From: a virus
Lineage: Duplodnaviria > Caudoviricetes
Reading direction: 5' to 3' (one strand)
Length of the DNA stretch: 52,420 nucleotides
Virus record (IMG/VR): IMGVR_UViG_3300000208_000002
Coordinates: 1-52,420 of that record
Positions 37,500 through 48,200 of the stretch are shown here, one piece after another (within the stretch, counting starts at the first letter, position 1; each line of letters starts with the position of its first letter). A program made the position numbers and the translations under genes. Below the pieces are notes generated by a model that had not been told where the DNA came from, ran no database searches, and saw nothing but the letters and a program-made list of their open reading frames with translations.

Positions 37500-38102
37500 A
37501 TGAAAATTCAGGATCCATATTTGGATGATCGACTACGATCTGAACGGCCTATCACATTTTTGCAATTTGTAGATGTGTTGCGGAAATTATGGAAAAGTGC
37601 GGGCAAGAAAGGAGATATTGTCCGACAATTTCCTGTTGATGAGGATGTAAAATATCCGCTAATCACATATCGATTATTAAAACGAGTTATTAATCCAAGT
37701 TTCAAAGATTATAAACCTCGTTTTCGAGATGTTATTCGCCATCCATATGCACCGGATCAATTTGTTGAATTATATGGACAAATTTTTGATGTATGGGTGG
37801 AATTTAAAATTTATTCATTAAGTCAGGAGGAAGCAGATGAATTAGTTGTTGAATTTGAAGATTTTCTTTATATGTATACTGGTTTTTTTAAGAAAAGTGG
37901 AGTGCAAAATATCCAATTTTACTCACAAGAAGAAGATGAGTTGATCACAAAAGAAAGATATCCTGTTGCAGTAAGAACACTTCAATATCAAATGCGATTA
38001 GAGAGAGTAGTGCCTCGTTTCTTAAATCAAATACACGATTTGGCTGTTCAAGCCAATATTATGCATACATCAGAAAATCCAAATGAAGAGGAGGATTACT
38101 AA
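37500..38102 (+). CDS. Putative tail terminator/completion protein
   Basis: 200 aa directly before the sheath; YPLITY...IYSLSQEEADEL. Confidence 0.55.
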   Translation: MKIQDPYLDDRLRSERPITFLQFVDVLRKLWKSAGKKGDIVRQFPVDEDVKYPLITYRLLKRVINPSFKDYKPRFRDVIRHPYAPDQFVELYGQIFDVWVEFKIYSLSQEEADELVVEFEDFLYMYTGFFKKSGVQNIQFYSQEEDELITKERYPVAVRTLQYQMRLERVVPRFLNQIHDLAVQANIMHTSENPNEEEDY

Positions 38103-40954
38103 TGGCAAACGCAATTATTGATAAATATCCAAACTTGCCTGGTGTAAAAGTAGAATATGAAGATGGTAACTTATTTTCGAATCAACAAAATTTGCAGGCG
38201 ACAACACAATCTGTTTTAATTATTGGCACAGCAATTGATGGGCCAGTAGGAGAACCAGTAAGTGTACAAGCTATTGGTGGTCCAAAAGCTGCAGAAAAAT
38301 TATTTGGTGGTATGTTGAAGAAAGAAGAAATTGAAACAGGAGAGGTAGATCCAAATACAGGTGAAAGAATTAAGAAAACCGTAAAAGTGCCGCATAAGGG
38401 TACTTTAGTGCGTAAAATGTATGAAGTATTGCGAACTGGCAATGAAGATGTGCGATTGCTTCGTATTTCTGGTCGTCGTGCAAAAACAGAATTACATGCG
38501 CAAGACATTGCAACAGAACTCACTCAGTTTTTAGGTCTATCTAAAGGTAATGTGGCTTTCTCAAAAGCATTGAATTTAGAACCAGATACACGCATTAATA
38601 GCAATGCAATTGAATATATTCGTGAATTAAAAGATGATTCAACAATTTTGAGGGAATATACTGGTAGCTCTATTAACAATGTCATTTTGAATTTAGATAC
38701 AACACCTGGTTCAGAAACTATTCATTTCGCTGCCGATAAATTCCGTCCTGGCAATAAATTAGAAGTGAAAATCAATTATAGTAAACGCAATTATCATGAA
38801 GTAATGCGCAGTGATACAGATGGTGTTCTCACGCAAGACCCTACACAAACAAACTATTTCTCTAGTGTACATGGTTTTTGGTCTGATAACGTTGCTGCTG
38901 GACACACGATCAATGTGTACGTAAATGGTATTTCTATTCCACAAATGAATGCAAATGGTCAATATTTATGGCGACCAGGTAAAGGAGATCCTGCTGTTAC
39001 GGATGAATTAACACAAGACTATACAGCAAAAGAATATGAACAAGGTGGTATTCGTTTTACAAGTGCATATCAGCAAGAAGTAACAAATGGCGTGTATCCA
39101 GCATTAACATCTTCTGTGACAGTAGTAGCAGACTATTTCTATTATGATGAAGTGATGATGAATACGGTTCAAACTTATGATGTTCCTGGTGCAGATACGA
39201 CTTATGAATTGAATTACGTTCCACAGCCAGACGCATTCCGAGTATATTATGAGTTAAATGGTAATCAATATGATTTACAACCAAAAGACGCAAGTAATCC
39301 AAATGGGCATTATACAATGATTTTCCCAGCAGCAGGAAGTAAAGAAAAAGCAAAAATAATTATATCTGCTGGTGCCACTCCAATTGGAGTAAAATTATAT
39401 GCATTGTATAAAACAAATGAAGCTTCTGTTGATAATCCAATGTTGATTGTAGAAGGTAAATATCCAGGAAGCTTGTACGGTGGAATTAAAAATGTGTATG
39501 ATCCAAATACGTTGTATGGTGTGCAAGTAGAAGTCCGGGAAGATATTACGCCAGAAGATCCTTCCGGAAAAGAAAAAATCATTGCATTTATTAAACCAGA
39601 AGATAAACGGACTTCTAATCGTGATTACGCACTAGAATATCGGACTCGTGAATTGCGTGGTATTCGTACATTAAGAGAATTTGCAAACTACGTTAACAAT
39701 GACCCACGCAACAATGTTGTACAATTGTCTGTTCCAGATGGTGCTGGTGATATTCCGGTGCAAGGATTATTGCCAACAGATCGTCCAGTATTCTTAGGAG
39801 AATGGAAAAACCCTGCAACTGGTGAATATGAGTTATTGAAAGATGATACAAAACCAGTCAATGATCCAGATTATTATCCATGGCTTGGAACAGACGGATT
39901 CTTTGATGTGACAAGCCTAAAAAGCATGAAAGAACTTTATGAGGAACTAGGTGGAGTTTATGAATTAGTTCCTGGAACAATTGATGAATATGAGTTAGTG
40001 AAACAAGGTATCTATAATAAACTAGAAAACTATGCAGTAGATATCATTATTATGGCAGAAGCGTATGCTAATACACCAATTGGTCGTGAAGTAAAAAACG
40101 AACAAACAGGAGAAATCGAAATTGTTGAAGATCCAACACGTAATTTTGCTACGCAATTGGCACAACACTGTGCAATTGTTACTGCAAAAACATGGGAAAC
40201 AATCGGTGTCATTAGTGTAGCTCCTGTAAAAAATGCAACACTATTAGACATTCAAGCTTATATTGATGAATTAACAGCTCCAGGTATGAATGAACATTAC
40301 ATGTATAATGAAGCAACTGGAGAATTGATCTTGAATGATGATGGAGAACCAATGGATATTGGTCGATACGTCAACGTAGTTTTTGGCCCAGAAGTTGGGC
40401 TAGCAAATGACAAAATTGGTACGTATGTAACAGATGGAGCACCGGTTTATGCAGGTTTAATCTCCACATTAAATCCAGAAGTTTCTACAACTAACCAACC
40501 GGTTCCAGTTCAAGGGCTTCGTTATCATTTATCAGAAGCACAACATAATCAATTGGCTGGAGCACGATATGTAACATTCGAAGAAAAAATTAACTTGAAT
40601 GGTACTCGCCGTGTAGTTGTTAAAGATGGTGTAACAGCGGCACTTCCGACTTCGGATTATCAACGCTTATCAACAGTTCGCATTGTGCATGCAACTGTAC
40701 AGCTTGTGCGTCGTAAGGCAGATCCATTCATTGGTATGCCGAATGGATTAGCACAACGTAACTCTTTAGCAACGGAAATTCAAGCTGGATTAGATAGATT
40801 GAAAGAGCTTGGTGTATTACAAGACTTCCGCTTCTCGATTTTCACAAGTGCTAAAGAACGTGTAATTGGAAATGCCTTCATCACATTAGAACTTGTGCCT
40901 CAATTTGAAACTCGCAAGATTTTTGCAAGCGTATCTTTGCGAGCTAGCTTATAA
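38102..40954 (+). CDS. Contractile tail sheath protein
   Basis: 950 aa; LPGVKVE N-terminus, GPVGEP, C-terminal RLSTVRI...FIGMPN sheath domain. Confidence 0.88.
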   Translation: MANAIIDKYPNLPGVKVEYEDGNLFSNQQNLQATTQSVLIIGTAIDGPVGEPVSVQAIGGPKAAEKLFGGMLKKEEIETGEVDPNTGERIKKTVKVPHKGTLVRKMYEVLRTGNEDVRLLRISGRRAKTELHAQDIATELTQFLGLSKGNVAFSKALNLEPDTRINSNAIEYIRELKDDSTILREYTGSSINNVILNLDTTPGSETIHFAADKFRPGNKLEVKINYSKRNYHEVMRSDTDGVLTQDPTQTNYFSSVHGFWSDNVAAGHTINVYVNGISIPQMNANGQYLWRPGKGDPAVTDELTQDYTAKEYEQGGIRFTSAYQQEVTNGVYPALTSSVTVVADYFYYDEVMMNTVQTYDVPGADTTYELNYVPQPDAFRVYYELNGNQYDLQPKDASNPNGHYTMIFPAAGSKEKAKIIISAGATPIGVKLYALYKTNEASVDNPMLIVEGKYPGSLYGGIKNVYDPNTLYGVQVEVREDITPEDPSGKEKIIAFIKPEDKRTSNRDYALEYRTRELRGIRTLREFANYVNNDPRNNVVQLSVPDGAGDIPVQGLLPTDRPVFLGEWKNPATGEYELLKDDTKPVNDPDYYPWLGTDGFFDVTSLKSMKELYEELGGVYELVPGTIDEYELVKQGIYNKLENYAVDIIIMAEAYANTPIGREVKNEQTGEIEIVEDPTRNFATQLAQHCAIVTAKTWETIGVISVAPVKNATLLDIQAYIDELTAPGMNEHYMYNEATGELILNDDGEPMDIGRYVNVVFGPEVGLANDKIGTYVTDGAPVYAGLISTLNPEVSTTNQPVPVQGLRYHLSEAQHNQLAGARYVTFEEKINLNGTRRVVVKDGVTAALPTSDYQRLSTVRIVHATVQLVRRKADPFIGMPNGLAQRNSLATEIQAGLDRLKELGVLQDFRFSIFTSAKERVIGNAFITLELVPQFETRKIFASVSLRASL

Positions 40955-41014
40955 CACCACAAACCAGCGGAGGGGTCTTTCCTCCGCTAATAAAAAACAA
41001 AGAGGTGAAGTAGC

Positions 41015-41770
41015 ATGATTCAACAAGAAGAATATACTCGCACATTTTCGAGTTTCTCTGGTGCTGACATCGTAGCTACATTTAATGGTCGTGTGATTGG
41101 AGAATTACAAGCTATTACGTATAGTATTTCTCGTGAAGTGGCTCCAATTTACACGATGGGATCTCCAGACCCACGCAGCTTTAGCCGTGGAAAACGTGGA
41201 ATTAGTGGATCTCTAGTATTTGTTCAATTCGACCGAGATGCATTGCTTGAAGAAATGAGAAAGAATTACGATAATAAAGCTCCGCAATTGCTAGGTTATC
41301 AAACATTCATTGCCAATGCGAATGGCATAGGCATGAATGGCAACATGGGGTTAGAGATGCAAATTTTGAATGGATTAAAAGCAACTCGTGGGACGACTAC
41401 TGGTTATGGTATTGAAACATGGGATGAAAAAATGACAGAACTTGGATATGGTGCTACGAATACATTTAATCCTGATAATTTAACAGACTTTTTCCTCCCT
41501 GAATACGCCGATCAGTTGATGCCATTCAATGTAACTATTACAATGGCTAACGAGTTTGGGCAACGTGCAGGAATGGAAATCTACGGAGTTCAAATTTTAA
41601 ATGAGGGATCTGGATTCTCTGTGGATGATGTTGTAACAGCAAAAGCATATACATTTGTTGCTAGAAAGATTAAACCAGTTGAACGTAAAGGTAATTTGCG
41701 CTTAGAGGGTCGAGCAAGCGGTAGCCCTGTCCAAGATAATAAACCAGTAGGCGGAGCATTAATCATATAA
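41015..41770 (+). CDS. Tail tube protein
   Basis: Follows the sheath; FSGADI...GELQAITYS...RGKRGISGSL; followed by a terminator. Confidence 0.8.
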   Translation: MIQQEEYTRTFSSFSGADIVATFNGRVIGELQAITYSISREVAPIYTMGSPDPRSFSRGKRGISGSLVFVQFDRDALLEEMRKNYDNKAPQLLGYQTFIANANGIGMNGNMGLEMQILNGLKATRGTTTGYGIETWDEKMTELGYGATNTFNPDNLTDFFLPEYADQLMPFNVTITMANEFGQRAGMEIYGVQILNEGSGFSVDDVVTAKAYTFVARKIKPVERKGNLRLEGRASGSPVQDNKPVGGALII

Positions 41771-41806
41771 GAAATAAGCCGTAAGGGTGACTATATAAGA
41801 AACAAG

Positions 41807-41839
41807 AATTGGACAGCGTATTTAGCTGTCCAATTTTTT
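41807..41839 (+). terminator. Rho-independent terminator
   Basis: AATTGGACAGC / GCTGTCCAATT + T-tract. Confidence 0.8.
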
Positions 41840-41859
41840 CAAGAAGGGAAGAAGAATAT

Positions 41860-42846
41860 ATGAGTGAATTATATATGTTCATTGCAAAATTATTGATTCA
41901 ATTTGCTAAAAGTGAAATGTTAAAGAATATTACTGCATCAGATATGCAAAGAAGTCAAATCAAACGAAGATTGTTAAGTGCTGCTCGTTATATGATGCAA
42001 CACATAGATATGTTGGATGAAATATGGACCATTAAAGGAATTTTTCAATTGTTGTATTATGAGTTAAAAACAAATGATTATTACGGATATCTTGTATGGA
42101 TTGAAAGAGAAATAACAGATTATGCTTCTCGCTTATCTATGCCAGAAAATGATCAAAGACGTTATCGTGAGCTTTTACGTGATATTCAGCAAGAAAAAGA
42201 AAAAGTCAAACAAGAATTAATACGTAAAGGGGAAGACATACAGAACATACCAATATGGAAGCCTGCTGATCTGCGCCCTCTCAAAGAAGAAGAGACACAA
42301 ATAGAATTTGAAAAACAATACCCTACACGCACATTTCATTCAAAACCTAAAGATGTCGGTTATCATTATTTGCGCCCTCAGTCTAGTTATTCTGGAACGG
42401 ATATGGTTTGTACGATTAACATTCCGGGAAAAGGGCCAATTGTGTTCGGGGAATTATCGAGTATTTCTTATTCCATTTATCGAGAAAAAGTACCGGTGCG
42501 TTCATTAGGGCGTATTAGTATGAAAGGGTATACTCGTGGCATGAGAACGATCTCTGGTATTTTAACATTTACTGTATTTGATGAGAGCATTGTTTATCGT
42601 TGCATGGAAGAACTAAGAAAACAAGGATATCGTATTTTAATGGATGAAATGCCGTTATTTGATATTACTATTACGATGGCTAACGAATATGGATCTCAAT
42701 CCATGCTAACATTATACGGCGTGACAACGTATACAGAAGGAAAAGTAATGAGTGTAGATGAGATCATGACACAAAACGTATATGAATTTTATGCATTAGA
42801 TATTGATCCGCTATCAAAAATAGCCACAAAACATCAGTTTATATAA
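41860..42846 (+). CDS. Tail tube-like paralog with helical N-terminal extension
   Basis: C-half YSGTDM...GELSSISYS...RGMRTISGIL...ITITMANEYG aligns by eye with the tube protein. Confidence 0.75.
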   Translation: MSELYMFIAKLLIQFAKSEMLKNITASDMQRSQIKRRLLSAARYMMQHIDMLDEIWTIKGIFQLLYYELKTNDYYGYLVWIEREITDYASRLSMPENDQRRYRELLRDIQQEKEKVKQELIRKGEDIQNIPIWKPADLRPLKEEETQIEFEKQYPTRTFHSKPKDVGYHYLRPQSSYSGTDMVCTINIPGKGPIVFGELSSISYSIYREKVPVRSLGRISMKGYTRGMRTISGILTFTVFDESIVYRCMEELRKQGYRILMDEMPLFDITITMANEYGSQSMLTLYGVTTYTEGKVMSVDEIMTQNVYEFYALDIDPLSKIATKHQFI

Positions 42847-42859
42847 GAGGTGAATATCG

Positions 42860-43660
42860 TTGGCACGAGTAATGTTTCATAATTACAACAACGCCTGGTC
42901 AAGATATCAACCTTTTCCTCGTAGAGATCCATATCATCGTCAAGACACTCGTGTAGAATATGAGATTTATTCAAATGAGTATTTTTCAGGCGCAGATGTG
43001 CATCTTTATATTGGCGACATTTGGGTTGATGAAGTTACTAGTATTGATTTTGTGTTAGAAGAACAAGTTTTACCGATTTATGGTTATAGCTCATATACAT
43101 TTGATACAGTTGCTAGAGGACAACGGATTGTTCGTGGACAATTCTCCATCAATTTTACATCTACCGGTTATTTACAACAAATATTAGAACATGCAGAAGC
43201 TATCCAATATGCTTTGGAAACAGGAAATAAAAAGCAAGTCATTGATCCGAAATATTATCAAAAACTAAAACTGGATCAGATTTTAAAATTGTATGGGAAA
43301 GAGAGTTTTGAGCAAATTGCAGAGGAATATGAGAAAGCTATATGGGGCGAATTAACTGATGAAGAAGGGAAGTACCTAAGTAATTGGAGATCACCATATT
43401 TTCAAAAAAATAATCCATTAGGATTGGATATTCGTATTCATTATGGTCCAGTAGAAGAAACAATTATGAATGAGCAACGTAAAGTATACAGTTCGAAAGA
43501 CCCTAATAGACGAATGCCATCACTTACTGTAGAAAGCATTAATGGCATTCAAATTACAGGTTTTTCGAAACGGGCATCTACTAGCGATCAAGGAGCACCG
43601 ATCCAAGAAGTATATACCTTTATTGCGAGAGATATTAATGGGGCTTCAATTATGAAATAA
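42860..43660 (+). CDS. Tail tube-like paralog (tube initiator-like)
   Basis: FSGADV...PIYGY...RGQRIVRG...YTFIAR. Confidence 0.7.
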   Translation: MARVMFHNYNNAWSRYQPFPRRDPYHRQDTRVEYEIYSNEYFSGADVHLYIGDIWVDEVTSIDFVLEEQVLPIYGYSSYTFDTVARGQRIVRGQFSINFTSTGYLQQILEHAEAIQYALETGNKKQVIDPKYYQKLKLDQILKLYGKESFEQIAEEYEKAIWGELTDEEGKYLSNWRSPYFQKNNPLGLDIRIHYGPVEETIMNEQRKVYSSKDPNRRMPSLTVESINGIQITGFSKRASTSDQGAPIQEVYTFIARDINGASIMK

Positions 43661-43728
43661 AAAGGATTATAATATTAATGTAACACAATACGTAATTATT
43701 CAATATTGTATCAGGAAGGGGAAGAGTT

Positions 43729-44319
43729 ATGTCACGGAAAGATGAGCAATTAGATCTGTTTTATGAGCAAGAAAAAATTGAGAAACCAATATCTTACGAG
43801 AAACCAAATTTATATGAATATGATGAAAATAAACAAGCATGGAAAAAAGTAGATCTTGAGGCACCAAGAGATGTATGTGATCCAACAGAAACAGAAGATA
43901 TAGAGAAGCCAGATGCACAAGAGCATGCAGTAGATGAGCCAGAAATGATTCAAGCACCAAGTGGCGAAATGTATACAAAAGAAGAGTGGGAATCTCCAGT
44001 ATTTGCAAATGGTCCAACTAGAAAAGAAGTAGAAGCATGGAAAGAAAAATATGGTCAAGTGTATTTTACTCCATTTGAAGATTTGATTGTTATTTGGCGT
44101 ACATTATCTCGGCCAGAATATCGAGAAATTGTCCGTAATCAGGATTTAACAATGTTAGATCGTGAAGAAATTATTGCTGATAAGTGTGTGTTATTCCCAT
44201 ATGATTTTTCGTGCAAAAAATACACAGAAAACGGACGAGCAGGTATTCCAAGTTTATTAACTGAGATGATTATGGATAAATCAGGGTTTATAGCAAAAAC
44301 AGCACCAATTAAATTGTAA
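43729..44319 (+). CDS. Putative tail assembly chaperone
   Basis: WKEKYG...WRTLSRPEY...CVLFP...AGIPSLL; position after tubes. Confidence 0.6.
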   Translation: MSRKDEQLDLFYEQEKIEKPISYEKPNLYEYDENKQAWKKVDLEAPRDVCDPTETEDIEKPDAQEHAVDEPEMIQAPSGEMYTKEEWESPVFANGPTRKEVEAWKEKYGQVYFTPFEDLIVIWRTLSRPEYREIVRNQDLTMLDREEIIADKCVLFPYDFSCKKYTENGRAGIPSLLTEMIMDKSGFIAKTAPIKL

Positions 44320-44344
44320 GCAGAACATGGTTCTGCTTTTATTT
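44318..44344 (+). terminator. Hairpin/terminator between chaperone genes
   Basis: AAGCAGAAC-ATG-GTTCTGCTT followed by TTATTT. Confidence 0.6.
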
Positions 44345-44355
44345 GTATAGAGGGG

Positions 44356-45120
44356 ATGTATATGACACCAGAACAATTGCAGCGACAAATCTTACGATGG
44401 AGACGAAAATATCCTGAACTGTATCAATTGACAATTGCCGATGAGGAAGAAGAATTTTGTTACATGTTTATATTTCGTGCTATTGGGAGAGAAGAGTATA
44501 AACGATTGTTAGAAGAAAACTTGGAGTTATGTGATTTTCAGGAGCGAATTTGCAAAGAAGCAGTGTTATACCCAAAAGATTATGATTTCTCACAAGGTTT
44601 AGCGGGGATTGCAGAAGTATTATCTAATGCTATTATTGATGCATCTGGATTACATAACAAGCAAGCGGAACAATTATTAGAAGAATATCGTCAAGAAATG
44701 AATATTTTAGATTATCAAGCGGATTGCATTATTCATGAGGCTTTTCCAGAATTTTCACTAGAAGAAATACAAAGTTGGTCGGTTCGAAAACTAATGTATT
44801 ACTTATCACGAGCTGAATGGATTTTAATGAATCTCAGAGGAGTGCCAATTGTGCCGGCATCTGCAGCACAGCCATCACCATCATCATATCAATACACATT
44901 TACAAAAGAATCAGCCAATACTCAGACCTCTCAATCATCATCTGCTTCTACACCAAAAGATCCAAATAAATTAGCAGAACAAGAAGTATTGGCCATGTTA
45001 GCAGAAAATGAAGCAAAACACGGAAGAAAAATTAACTGGCAAGGAAATAACATGGATGAAGTGTTCCCAGAACTATCTTGGTTTAAACATGAAGAAGAAT
45101 TATGGGGAGATTTTGACTGA
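44356..45120 (+). CDS. Putative tail assembly chaperone paralog
   Basis: WRRKYP...FRAIGREEY...AVLYP...AGIAEVL, paralogous to the preceding ORF. Confidence 0.6.
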   Translation: MYMTPEQLQRQILRWRRKYPELYQLTIADEEEEFCYMFIFRAIGREEYKRLLEENLELCDFQERICKEAVLYPKDYDFSQGLAGIAEVLSNAIIDASGLHNKQAEQLLEEYRQEMNILDYQADCIIHEAFPEFSLEEIQSWSVRKLMYYLSRAEWILMNLRGVPIVPASAAQPSPSSYQYTFTKESANTQTSQSSSASTPKDPNKLAEQEVLAMLAENEAKHGRKINWQGNNMDEVFPELSWFKHEEELWGDFD

Positions 45121-45270
45121 TGTTTAAATTTTGGGAATGTATAAATAGTATCATGTATGATCCACGAGTAAATCGATCATATGGTGCTGGACAAGATTGT
45201 ATTCAGACATGTTGGGCTATTTATTTTGTTCGGTCTTTAGAAATCCTTGAAGGGAAAGAGTGGGATATTC

Positions 45271-48200
45271 ATGCAAGGGTTGCAATACTATAAAAAAGAT
45301 GAGAGTTCTGATTATGCTTATCGTCGATTTTTAGCAAATGAAGAAGAACGACAAGAAATGCCACTGTATCAAAAAGCAGGACTTGCTGCTATTGCTGCTG
45401 CAGGATTGTTGGCGTTAGGTCATCGAACAGGAGCAATGCGTAAAATAGCTCAATTTTTAGATGAAGAAGCACGTATTTCATTACAGTCTATTAAAGAAGT
45501 ATTAGATGAAGAACCAGCATTGCGAAAAGAAGTATCTATGCGGCGATTAAAGAGCATTAAGGATCGGTACCAACAACGAAAGCAACAATTATTATCTGAA
45601 TATAAACAGAAAGATATTTTGTCTCGAAGAGAATTTGATATTCAACGGATATTGCGGCAACGACAAAATTTATTAGAGACAGAAATCCCTTTGCATATTG
45701 AAGAAGGATTACGTTTTGAAGCGATAATGAAAGATATTCGAAAACATGCATTGACGAAAGATATAGCGAATCAAATTGAAGATGCATTAGGGCGTGGGGA
45801 TTTTCAGATATTGAAATATGGAACAAAATCCGAGATTAATGCATTGCTTCGTTCTTCTGGTGTTCGTAATAATGATGCAATTAAAACAGTATTAGAAATT
45901 CGAGATCGACATAGAAGAACACAATTTATAAAAACTGAAGAAGGAAAAGCATGGGTTGAAGGAGTACAACGAAAATTACGAGAATTTACTGCTAAACAAA
46001 TGCAGGATATTGCAAGAAGAAATGGTGAAATTAAATCTCTTATTGTTGGCCATCGTCAAGCAACAGTAGGGGATATTCTAGAGTTGCATGAAAAAGGAAA
46101 AATTCAACTTAACACAGAATTGCATGTGCAAATTCAAGATGTGTTGAAATACAATAAAAAATTTAAAGAAGCTATTTTCGATGAAAATTTATATATTCGA
46201 ACTGTCAATGGAGAAATGCAATTAATCGATTATCAAGTATTTAGTGACATAAATCGAGGATTCATGAAATGGTTTGCTGATACGCTTCCAGGTGGATTAA
46301 TGCATATTCGAGATGCATTGAATGTGCGTTTAGCACGAGAACGTGTCAGTTTTCGTATATTTGAAAGAGGAACCATTCAGCCAGTATTAAATGCACATAT
46401 GGGAATTCATCATAAGGAACCATTGCGTCAGCCAGTTGTATATGTAAATGGTAAATTTGTTCGTTTGTTTGATGATAAAACAATAAATGAAGATGCTCCA
46501 TTGACAATTTTGAACCCAAAAAGAGATATGTATTTAACCTCTGCACGCTTTGGTACGGTTGGAAAAATTACTCGTCATATTGGCGAGTTAATGACAGAAC
46601 CAAAAGAGCGCAATAAATTATTTGAGTTATTCGATATTGGTAATCAAAGTAAAGATTCTGAGCTACGTGAATATTTAAGTGTGATCACAAAGTTTTTTGA
46701 TAAAGAATGGGAACGTAATATATTTAAACAGGCCTTTCGAAAAGGTGTAGAAAATAAAGATGCATATTATGAAATGGATAAATATTTCAAACACTTTACG
46801 GAGGGCTTTTCTCCTCGTGTTTTGTATAAAATCAAGTCATATTTACCGGAATATCTCCAAGAATTTATCGAAAAGAATCAAATTAACTTTTCAAGAGATG
46901 AAGATATCTTAAAACTGTTTAAAGAATTGCACATGAATAACGCATATCGCTTTAATAGTGAAGGTGAAGTTATTGGGAGAAAGAAACCAGCTAACTGGGA
47001 TTTGTATCGAACATATAACAAATATGAACGAAATCCAGATGAATTTTTAGGACGGGAATATCCAATTGGGGAAACTAATCCATTCATTGGCGGTAATGTT
47101 CGAGTACAAACCGGAATGGATATTATTCGCCAACAAGTAGGATTAGAATTAATTCGTCAAATGGTACAAATTAAGCCGGCTGGCGTTATTGGTGAAGAAA
47201 AGGCACTGCTAAATCTTCGAAATATGATTTCACAATGGAGACAATCCGGCGACATTTTAAAAGCAGATGCGCAAAAAGCTGAATGGCTTATTAGCTATTA
47301 TATGTTCCAACAAGCAGCCAAACCAATTTACAGCAATGAAGAAGTGGCTTTATCAAACTTGACAGCGTTATTTAGAGGAAAGGGAGAAGCAGAACAACAA
47401 TTTCAACGCAGTGTAGAAGAGATGATAAAATCCACTCATCCTATTTGGCAATCTCATAAAAGTCAGATCATCGAAAACTTAATTCGTGATGAGTACATTG
47501 CAGTAAACAAAGCGTTTAGTTCTCATACATTGCTCGGACGAATTAATGAATTTTTCACTGATTTTCCAGACAAGGCAAAACAATTAAGTTTCTTTACAGG
47601 AAGACGAAACATGGAAGATGTAACGACTTTATCGATCTTTGTAAGTTATTATCCATGGTATCGTCTCCAAGATGCATTAGCAAATGTGGGATTAGGATTT
47701 TCAGATGCTTCTATGGGAAGTCCGTTGCAATTAATGAGTTCACTGTTCTTGAAACGAATTTTTCCGGTATTTGCAGGTGTTACTGCTTATAAATATATTG
47801 ATTATGAAGTGGATAAATATACTGGTGTCGGAATTACAGAACGTTGGGAAAACTATAAAGCGTATCGCCGCTTAGAAGAAGCAGTAGCTCGTGAGCAGTT
47901 TGGAACATTGGAAGAATTGCAAAGGGAACGTATGTTGCGCCCTGGAATTGAACATTTTGATGATGCTCCATCCTTCTATATTCCAATGATCGGAGAAGTA
48001 GGTCCTGGTGATTTATTCAATCTTATTGCAGGAACTATTTCAGGAACGGGATACGCATCCATTCATAAAGAAGACACAATGGGCGTAGAAGAAACTTATG
48101 AAGATATTACTGAAGGTGTAGAAGAAATCCGCAAAGGCAGATGGTGGGCATTTGGATCAAAAAGCGCTTATCGTGGAGATCGTGTCATTCAATATGCGCC

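Noticed and set aside
40966-40988. Hairpin AGCGGAGG/CCTCCGCT between sheath and tube as a plus-strand terminator
   Set aside because: No downstream U-tract; more likely an mRNA-stabilising or processing stem.
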